Assembly: GCA_034670305.1 (NCBI GenBank)
Contig: JAXMNT010000001.1
Location: 64,001 to 128,000 of the forward strand
Reading direction: 5' to 3'
Origin: Deltaproteobacteria bacterium
Lineage (GTDB): Bacteria; Myxococcota_A; Polyangia; Polyangiales; Houyiibacteriaceae
Length of the DNA stretch: 64,000 nt
Under the pieces are notes generated by a model. That model was not told where the DNA came from. It searched no databases and worked only from the letters and a program-made list of their open reading frames with translations. Position 1 is the stretch's first letter, and the number at the start of each line of letters is the position of its first letter. The position numbers and the translations under genes were made by a program. Shown piece after piece: positions 57,000-64,000 of this stretch.

Positions 57000-58028
57000 A
57001 TGATTGCGCCTTCCCTCGTCCGCGTTCTTCCTCTCCTTGCGATCGTTGCGTTCTCGTCCGGTTGCGACCTGACCAAGCTCACCGCGAACTCGACCGCCGG
57101 ACTCTTCCAGCGCGCCGCACCCGCGTTCGAGCAGCACTGGGACTACGATCTGGCGGGCGCTGCGCTCCCCGGCAACATCGTCCAGATGGAAGGACTGATG
57201 CGGGTCGTCCCGGAGAACGAGATCATCGTCATGAACGGCGTGCGTCTCTACACCGCGTACGCCTACGGATGGATCGAAGACCAGGTCGAAGAGGCGCAGG
57301 ACCGCGGCGACTACGACGAAGCCAACCGGCTCATGTTGCGCGCCCGCTACATGTACCAGCGCTCCCGCGACCTCGCCGTGCACCGCGTCTCGCTCGACCA
57401 CGAAGGCTACCAAGAAGCGTACGACGCTGGGCTCGATCGGTTCCGCGCGTGGCTCCAGGAAGAGTTCACCGAGCCGGAGGACGCCGAAGGCCTTCTGTGG
57501 ATCGGCTACTCGTGGGGCTCGTACATCAACGCCTCGAAGGACGACATGGTCGCCGTCGCGGACCTTCCCTTCGCGCAGGCCCTCGTCGAGCGCTCGGTGG
57601 AGCTCGACCGCACCCAGTTCAACTACGCGGGCATGATCTTCCTCGCCGTCGTCGCGACTTCCGCACCGGGCGCCGATCTCGAAGAAGCCGGCCCCATGTG
57701 GGAAGCCGCGATCGAAGCCACCGAGCGCAAGAACCTGCTCCTGCTGGTGAACATGGCCCGGACCTACGCGGTGAAGCGTCAGGACCGCGAGCTCTACACC
57801 TCGCTTCTGCGCGAGGTCCTCGAGGCCGGCGACATCAACCCCGAGCAGCGCCTGACCAACATGATCGCCAAACGGCGCGCGGCCCGGTACCTGCGCCAAA
57901 TCGACGAGCGCATCCCGCCGCAGCCCGAACCGGCCGCCGCCGCACCGACGCCGCCGACGCCGCCGACCCCGCCGGCCACCCCCGCGACCCCTCCGGCCAC
58001 CCCTGCCGCACCGGCTGCCGGCCGCTGA
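57000..58028 (+). CDS. tatT: TRAP transporter T-component (TatT) lipoprotein
   Basis: Lipobox SSGC; D.DLAGAALPG...EGL, NMIAKRRA; upstream of dctP. Confidence 0.82.
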   Translation: MIAPSLVRVLPLLAIVAFSSGCDLTKLTANSTAGLFQRAAPAFEQHWDYDLAGAALPGNIVQMEGLMRVVPENEIIVMNGVRLYTAYAYGWIEDQVEEAQDRGDYDEANRLMLRARYMYQRSRDLAVHRVSLDHEGYQEAYDAGLDRFRAWLQEEFTEPEDAEGLLWIGYSWGSYINASKDDMVAVADLPFAQALVERSVELDRTQFNYAGMIFLAVVATSAPGADLEEAGPMWEAAIEATERKNLLLLVNMARTYAVKRQDRELYTSLLREVLEAGDINPEQRLTNMIAKRRAARYLRQIDERIPPQPEPAAAAPTPPTPPTPPATPATPPATPAAPAAGR

Positions 58029-58149
58029 TTTTTGGGCACGGTTGAATCTCTCGGACGGATGCCCGTCCCAGAGGGGTCGCCACCGTGCCACTGCGCATGA
58101 AGCAGACGCCTGCTAAAGCGAAACTGGAAGACAACCTCCGAGGACAACC

Positions 58150-59154
58150 ATGAAGCGACGGATCACCCTTACCTGCCTGCTCACCGCACTCGCCTTCATG
58201 GCGCCGGGCGTGACACCTCAGGCAGTGGACGCCCAACAGGCGACCGAACTGCGCATCGCCACCGTGGCCCCGGAAGGCTCGCCCTGGATGCGCGTCTTCC
58301 GCGCCTGGGACCAAGAACTGCGGCAGCGCACCAACAACCAGCTCGGCCTGACGTTCTACGCCGGCGGGAGCCAGGGCCAGGAGCCGGACTACATCGACAA
58401 GATGCAGGCCGGCCAGCTCGACGGCGCGGCCGTGACCTCGACCGGCCTCGGCCAGATCGTGCGTCCCGTGCTCGTGCTCTCGGCGCCCGGCGTCATCGTC
58501 AGTTACCCGCAGCTCGACCGCGCGCGTCGCCGCATGGCCCGCCGCTTCTCGCAGCAGTTCCAGAGCAACGGCTACGAGCTCCTCGGCTGGGGCGACGTGG
58601 GCAAGTCCCGCATCTTCTCGACCCACCGCATCGAGCAGCCCTCCGACCTGCGTCAGCGCCGCCCCTGGGCCCCCCGCACCGACGCCGTGTTCAGTGAGTT
58701 CTTGAGCGTGGTCGGCGCCAACCCGCGCCGCCTCGGCATCCCGGAAGTCATCGGCGCGCTCAGCCAGGGCACCGTCGACACCGTGCCGGCCTCGGCGCTC
58801 GCCGCCGTCTCGCTCCAGTGGCACACCCGCCTGCGCTTCTTCACGAAGGACAACAGCGGCGTGCTCATCGGCGCGACCATCCTCAAGAAGGACCGCTTCG
58901 ACTCCCTCCCCGACGACCAGCGCACCGCGCTGTCGGAGACCGCCGAGCGCGCCCACCGTCTGCTTCAGCGCGCCATCCGCCGCGAAGACGACCGCTCCCT
59001 GCGCGTCGTCCAGCGTCGCCTCACCGAGGTCGACGGCTCCGCCCACGAAGCCGCCTGGCGCGAAGCTGCGGAGACCACCCGCAACCGGCTCGCCGGCCGC
59101 CTCTACCCGCAGGCCCTCCTCGACGCGGTCATCCGCGCCGCCGGCGAAGAGTAA
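58150..59154 (+). CDS. dctP: TRAP substrate-binding protein DctP (TatP)
   Basis: LRIATVAPEGSPW, FYAGGSQG.E, GQLDGA. Confidence 0.9.
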   Translation: MKRRITLTCLLTALAFMAPGVTPQAVDAQQATELRIATVAPEGSPWMRVFRAWDQELRQRTNNQLGLTFYAGGSQGQEPDYIDKMQAGQLDGAAVTSTGLGQIVRPVLVLSAPGVIVSYPQLDRARRRMARRFSQQFQSNGYELLGWGDVGKSRIFSTHRIEQPSDLRQRRPWAPRTDAVFSEFLSVVGANPRRLGIPEVIGALSQGTVDTVPASALAAVSLQWHTRLRFFTKDNSGVLIGATILKKDRFDSLPDDQRTALSETAERAHRLLQRAIRREDDRSLRVVQRRLTEVDGSAHEAAWREAAETTRNRLAGRLYPQALLDAVIRAAGEE

Positions 59155-59181
59155 GCCTCCTACCGAGTCCTACTGCTGAAC

Positions 59182-59216
59182 GAAGCCCTCGACCACAACG
59201 GTCGGGGGCTTTCTTC
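59182..59216 (+). terminator. Intrinsic terminator after dctP
   Basis: AAGCCCTCGACC-ACAAC-GGTCGGGGGCTT hairpin followed by TCTT. Confidence 0.75.
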
Positions 59217-59220
59217 GTTG

Positions 59221-59421
59221 GCGGAAGCGGCGAAGGGCGAAGGGCGAAGCCGATGCCGAATCCGACGCCGAAGCCGACGCCGAAGCCGACGCCGAAGCCG
59301 AAGCCGACGCCGCGAAGCCGACGCCGAAGCCGACGCCGAAGCCGAAGCCGAAGCCGACGCCGAAGCCGACGCCGAAGCCGAAGCCGACGCCGAAGCCGAG
59401 GCAGAAGCCGAGGCAGAAGCC
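59221..59421. repeat. Intergenic hexamer tract (GCCGAA/GCCGAC)n
   Basis: Read directly; lies between the dctP terminator and the GNAT stop. Confidence 0.95.
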
Positions 59422-59424
59422 TCC

Positions 59425-59964
59425 TCAGCCCGCGACGTGGAGCGCCATCTGGATGTCCGTGATCGCCAGACCATCCACCCTGAATCGGTCTGGCGTCCGG
59501 CCGAGCCGTTCGAAGCCCAGCGATTCGTACAGCGCCGACGCAATGTCGTTGCCCTCGAAGACGCCGAGATCGATCCAGTCGATGCTGGGCTGGTTGCGTG
59601 CCCAATCGATCGCGGCGTGCATGAGCCGCCGACCGTGCCCATGGCCACGGTGCGGTCGCTCGATGCCGATGCCGCAGTCCACGCGATGCATCGCGGCGCG
59701 CAGGTCGGCCCCCGCAAGATGCACGCTTCCGACCACTCGACCGCCCTCCCAGAGTCCCCACGCGCGGCGCCACCCCAGTGCGTCCAGCGGCGTCGCCCAC
59801 CGGCGGAGCGCCTTGCTCCGAACGTCGGCTTTGTCCTCCGGTTCATTGGCGCTGTAAGGCCCCGACGGTAGATCTCCCTCGGTCCCCGATTCCAGATCGT
59901 GGGCCGCGAGGTGATCGACGTACGCGTCGACGTCGTCCTTCGCGAGCATTCGGATTCGGTCCAC
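59425..59964 (-). CDS. GNAT family N-acetyltransferase
   Basis: HRGHGHGRRLM, LGVFEGN..A.ALYESLGF. Start GTG 59964 or ATG 59949. Confidence 0.88.
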   Translation of the reverse strand: MDRIRMLAKDDVDAYVDHLAAHDLESGTEGDLPSGPYSANEPEDKADVRSKALRRWATPLDALGWRRAWGLWEGGRVVGSVHLAGADLRAAMHRVDCGIGIERPHRGHGHGRRLMHAAIDWARNQPSIDWIDLGVFEGNDIASALYESLGFERLGRTPDRFRVDGLAITDIQMALHVAG

Positions 59965-59969
59965 TGGGG

Positions 59970-60878
59970 TCAGCCCTTGAAGGTGCTGGGGCCGAAGTCG
60001 CCAAACGGGTCGTCGCGGTCGTGCACGGCGGCTTTGAAGCCCTTCGCCATCGCCTCGGCCTGGAACGCGTAGCCCTCGCGGGTGTGCCGGGCGATCCCAT
60101 CGAACGTGACGCCGAGCATCTGGGAGCTGGCCAGACCCTGCGCCCACAGCGCTTGGTTGATCACCTGCTTGTGCATGATGAGCTGGTTGATCGGGTTGCG
60201 CGCGATCCGCTCGAGCAGGATCTCGAACCGTTCGTCGAGGCTCGCCGCGTCCGCGTGTTCGATCGCCAGACCCCACTCGACCGCTTCGCGGCCGTTGAGG
60301 CAGTCGCCGGTCAAGAGCAGCCGCTTCGCGCGCTGGGGTCCGAGCCGGTACGCCCACATCATGGTGGTGGGCACGCCCCACACGCGGGCCGGCGGGTACC
60401 CGATCTTCGCGTCGCTCTCGATCACGAGCAGGTCCGAACACAGCGCCATGTCGGTGCCGCCGGCGACGCAGAAGCCATGCACTTTGCAGACGACCGGTTT
60501 GTCCGCGAAGAAGAGCGACATGAAGCCGCGCACGTTGCGTCGCATCATCTGGTAGTCGGTCATCGGATCCCAGGTCTCGCTGGGCAGGTGGTTCTTGGCG
60601 ACCACCGCCGGGTCGAGCGGGCCGCCGGCCGGGCCACCGACCTCGTCTTGCCCGGCGCCTTCCGCCGAGGCGACGAGATCGTAGCCGCCGCAGAACCCTT
60701 TGCCGGCGCCGCTCAAGGCGACGACGTGGACCGCGGGGTCGAGGTCGGCGCGTTCGATGCACGCGGAGAGCTCGACCGGCATGCGCAGGGTGATGCCGTT
60801 GCCACGGTGCGGCCGGTTGAGGGTGATGCGGGCGATGCGTCCATCGACCGCGTACGTCATGGTCTCGAGCTCGGTCAT
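59970..60878 (-). CDS. Crotonase/enoyl-CoA hydratase family protein
   Basis: ARITLNRP, GKGFCGGYDL, KPVVCKVHGFCVAGG. Confidence 0.92.
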   Translation of the reverse strand: MTELETMTYAVDGRIARITLNRPHRGNGITLRMPVELSACIERADLDPAVHVVALSGAGKGFCGGYDLVASAEGAGQDEVGGPAGGPLDPAVVAKNHLPSETWDPMTDYQMMRRNVRGFMSLFFADKPVVCKVHGFCVAGGTDMALCSDLLVIESDAKIGYPPARVWGVPTTMMWAYRLGPQRAKRLLLTGDCLNGREAVEWGLAIEHADAASLDERFEILLERIARNPINQLIMHKQVINQALWAQGLASSQMLGVTFDGIARHTREGYAFQAEAMAKGFKAAVHDRDDPFGDFGPSTFKG

Positions 60879-61132
60879 GCGGGTTTGCTACCACGCCCTG
60901 CCGGCGAAGGCGCGGCCCCGTAGCGAGTTCGGAGCTCGGGGAGAACGGCCCGATGGGCTGAAGAACGCCCCAAAACCTCGGCCGGTTCTCTTTCGACCGG
61001 CCGCAACTCTCTGGACACGGGCCAATGGGGGCGCGGTACCATCCGCGCGATGAATTTCCCCATGCTTGCTGTGCGAAGCGGGTTGCCGCTTCCTCGAAAC
61101 GCAGCGCTGTCTTTCCAAAGCGCAGTGCAGTC

Positions 61133-62023
61133 GTGAGAGAGAAGCTTCAGCGGTTCGACCGCGGGCTCGCGCGTGGCGAGGCGTTGATCGCGACGGTCGT
61201 CCTGCTCTCGCTCGTCGTGGTCGCCGCGGTCCAGTCCACCTTTCGAAACTTCGCCGACGGCGGCGCGGATTGGGCCAACAGCGCGCTCTCTTACATGCAC
61301 TGGGGCGATGGCTTCATGGAGAAGGCCACGCTGTGGCTCGCCATGCTCGGTGCGTCGCTCGCGACCCACTACGACCGCCACATCGCCATCGACGCACTCT
61401 CGCGGCTGGCCAGTCCGGTCCGTCGCGCCGTCATGCGCGGCATCGTCCAGATCTTCGCGTCGATCACCTGCTTCTCGTTCGCGCGCGTCGTGCTCGGCGC
61501 GTTGCTCGCCAAGGCCGGCCGCATCCCGGCGGAGTTTGGCGTGTTCGACGAGAACTTCGACACCATCCACATCTGCCTCGGCACCGCCGAACAGATCGAG
61601 AACGCCGGCTACACCCGGCCGGACATCTTCTGCGGCGTGCGCGGCTTGCTCGAGGGACTCAACCTCCAGGTGAACACGCCCGAGCGTGCGATGGACCTGC
61701 TGGTGCCGGCGCTCTTCTGCGTCATCGCGGTGCGGTTCATGATCAAGGGCATCGGCGCGTTCCTGCGGGTGCGCGAAGGCGGCATTCCGGACCACGAACT
61801 CGAGGGCGGAGACGACCCGACGCGTCTGCCCGACGAGGTCGAAGCCGACCGCGCCGCCGAAGGACTGAAGTCGGCGGATTCCTCGGACTCCACGGAGCCC
61901 GAGACCAAGCACACCAAGAAGACCAAGCTCGCGAAGAAGGCCAAGAAGCCCAACCGCGGGCCCGCGGCCGACGAAGGCAAGGCTGCCAAGCCGTCCACCT
62001 CCAACGATTCGGAAGAGGAGTAG
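61133..62023 (+). CDS. dctQ: TRAP small permease DctQ with insertion and Lys-rich tail
   Basis: LWLAMLGASLAT...HIAID; 4 TMs. Confidence 0.85.
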   Translation: MREKLQRFDRGLARGEALIATVVLLSLVVVAAVQSTFRNFADGGADWANSALSYMHWGDGFMEKATLWLAMLGASLATHYDRHIAIDALSRLASPVRRAVMRGIVQIFASITCFSFARVVLGALLAKAGRIPAEFGVFDENFDTIHICLGTAEQIENAGYTRPDIFCGVRGLLEGLNLQVNTPERAMDLLVPALFCVIAVRFMIKGIGAFLRVREGGIPDHELEGGDDPTRLPDEVEADRAAEGLKSADSSDSTEPETKHTKKTKLAKKAKKPNRGPAADEGKAAKPSTSNDSEEE

Positions 62024-62026
62024 GCC

Positions 62027-63595
62027 ATGGACATCGCAATCGTCCTCTTCATCGTTCTGCTCGCACTCCTCGGCGCGCCGCTCTTCGCCATCTTCGCGGC
62101 GGCCGCGATGCTGCTCTTCGCGCAGCTGACCGACACGAGCATCACCGGCGCCGCCGCCGACATCTTCAGCGAGAAGTTCGGCGAGTCGCCGCTGCTCGTC
62201 ACCATCCCGCTCTTCACGTTCGCGGGCTACATGCTGGCGGAGAGCGGCACCCCACAACGATTGGTTCGGGTGTCGAGAGCCTGGTTCGGCTGGATGCCGG
62301 GTGGCCTCGCGATGGTCTGTCTCGTCGCGAGCGCGTTCTTCACGACGTTCACCGGCGGCAGCGGCATCACCATCGTCGCGGTCGGCGGGCTGCTCTTCCC
62401 GGCGCTGATCAGCGAGAAGTACCCGGAGAAGTTCTCCCTGGGTCTTGTGACCTCGGGCGGCTCGCTCGGCCTGCTCTTCCCGCCTTCGATTCCGATCGTG
62501 ATCTTCGCCGTCGTCGCGAACATCAAGATGGAATACCTCTTCCTCGCTGGTCTCGTGCCCGGCGTGCTCACGATGATCGTGCTCGCCATCTACGCGGCGT
62601 ACGTCGGCGTGAAGATCCCCGACATCCCCCGCCAGGGCTGGAACACCAAGGAGTCGCTGAGCTCCCTCTGGGAAGTGAAGTGGGAACTCGCGCTTCCCGT
62701 CGTGCTCGTCGCGGCGCTGCTCCTCGGCGTTCTGCGCATTCACGAAGCGGCGGCGTTCACCGCGTTCTACGTGCTGGTGATCGAGGTCTTCATCTACAAG
62801 GACGTGAAGATTGGCGCGGACGTCCCGCGCATCGTGCGCGAGTCGATGACGCTCGTCGGCGCGATCCTGGTCATTCTCGCCACCGCGGTCGGCTTCACGG
62901 GCTACCTGATTCAGGACCAGCTGCCGATGAAGATCCTCGAGGCCATGAGCACGATGATCGACAGCAAGATCGCGTTCCTCATCGCGCTCAACATCTTCTT
63001 GCTCGTGGTCGGCATGCTGATGGACATCTTCAGCGCCATCGTCGTCGTGGTGCCGCTCATCTTGCCCATCGCGCGTCAGTTCGGCGTGAACGACTACCAC
63101 CTCGGCATCGTGTTCCTGCTCAACCTCGAGATCGGCTACATGACGCCGCCGGTGGGGCTGAACCTCTTCATCTCGAGCTTCCGGTTCGGCAAACCGATCA
63201 CGGTGCTCTACAAAGCGGTCTTGCCGTTCATCGCGCTGCTGATCGTGGCGCTGCTCATCACCACCTATGTGGAAGAGCTATCGCTCATGCTCTTGCCGGA
63301 TGAAGCCACCGAACAAGTCTTCCCGGACGACGGCGCTGGCGTCGGTGGCGGGCTCGATGAGATCGAGAACGAGAACGAGAACGGCGGCGGTGGACTCGAC
63401 GACCTCGAGGACGACCTCGGCGGCGGCGGGCTCGACGATCTCGAAGACGAGTTCGGCGGGGGTGGCCTCGACGCGCTCGAAGACGAGTTCGGCGGCGGAC
63501 TCGACGCGCTCGAAGACGAGTACGGCGAAGACGAACTCGAGGACGACGGCGAAGTCAGCCCGCTCGACGCGCTCGAGGACGAACTGGGCGACTGA
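62027..63595 (+). CDS. dctM: TRAP large permease DctM with acidic repeat tail
   Basis: IPLFTFAG, GSLGLLFPPS, GMLMD, GYMTPPVGLNLF. Confidence 0.95.
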   Translation: MDIAIVLFIVLLALLGAPLFAIFAAAAMLLFAQLTDTSITGAAADIFSEKFGESPLLVTIPLFTFAGYMLAESGTPQRLVRVSRAWFGWMPGGLAMVCLVASAFFTTFTGGSGITIVAVGGLLFPALISEKYPEKFSLGLVTSGGSLGLLFPPSIPIVIFAVVANIKMEYLFLAGLVPGVLTMIVLAIYAAYVGVKIPDIPRQGWNTKESLSSLWEVKWELALPVVLVAALLLGVLRIHEAAAFTAFYVLVIEVFIYKDVKIGADVPRIVRESMTLVGAILVILATAVGFTGYLIQDQLPMKILEAMSTMIDSKIAFLIALNIFLLVVGMLMDIFSAIVVVVPLILPIARQFGVNDYHLGIVFLLNLEIGYMTPPVGLNLFISSFRFGKPITVLYKAVLPFIALLIVALLITTYVEELSLMLLPDEATEQVFPDDGAGVGGGLDEIENENENGGGGLDDLEDDLGGGGLDDLEDEFGGGGLDALEDEFGGGLDALEDEYGEDELEDDGEVSPLDALEDELGD

Positions 63596-63660
63596 ACGAA
63601 GCGACGGCCGCAGGTGTCCCTTCTGGGGACGTTTGCGGCCGATGCGCGTATGACTCGACC

Positions 63661-64000
63661 ATGGGACTGGTCGGGTCTGGGTTCGAGAAGATGTATGCGA
63701 AGCGGCGGCAGCTCATCGCCGACGAAGCCGCAGGCGCGGGGTCGAAGTTCTTCGCATTCGAACAATCGGGCAGCGGCTCAGCCGGGGGCCTCGTGGCCCA
63801 CGCGATCCGGGCGAAAATTCCGCTCGTCGATCAGAAGGTCGATGGCGTGCAGGTCTTCGGCTTCGAGACCCAGGGCGTGCGGCACATGTACGTGCAGCCC
63901 TGGTCGGGGGTCCACCCACTTCCCGGAGAACACCACGCGTGGCTGCACGGGAGCTTCCGGTCGCCGATCGCGTTCGTTCGATCGATCGTCGGGTTCCGCT
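63661..64000 (+). CDS. Hypothetical protein, 3'-truncated by the window edge
   Basis: ATG 63661 frame is open to the end (MGLVGSGFEKMYAKRRQL...). Confidence 0.55.
   Translation, partial: MGLVGSGFEKMYAKRRQLIADEAAGAGSKFFAFEQSGSGSAGGLVAHAIRAKIPLVDQKVDGVQVFGFETQGVRHMYVQPWSGVHPLPGEHHAWLHGSFRSPIAFVRSIVGFR

Overview
High-GC (roughly 70% by eye) chromosomal window from a myxobacterium (Myxococcota, probably Polyangiales/Sandaracinaceae-like). The assignment is inferred from three MYXO-CTERM proteins, three membrane Ser/Thr kinases, TPR/PEGA proteins and many Cys-rich lipoproteins. Housekeeping content: rplU-rpmA, ribF, xseB, tRNA-Ala(GGC), a HAD-IG 5'-nucleotidase, two ThDP enzymes, a family III CoA-transferase, an ArsR-SRPBCC operon and a split TPAT/TRAP transporter (tatT-dctP ... 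dctQ-dctM). I see no transposase, integrase, reverse transcriptase or cas gene. The most unusual signals are: (1) a dispersed fold-back element that starts at the CTAG stop codon of convergent genes (16.7, 31.2 and 46.3 kb), has inverted hexamer tracts and appears to carry a decayed four-helix-bundle (TIGR02436/IVP/Avd-like) gene; (2) a ~1 kb non-coding nest at 31.2-32.2 kb with GCGAAGC-containing REP-like repeats and a duplicated ~150-nt structured unit; (3) a translationally coupled operon of a Ser/Thr kinase, two TPR-fused TonB-dependent receptors and a lipoprotein, a candidate kinase-based trans-envelope signalling system; (4) Met-rich extracytoplasmic tails on all three kinases. All family calls come from motif recognition by eye, not database searches, and many start codons are estimates.
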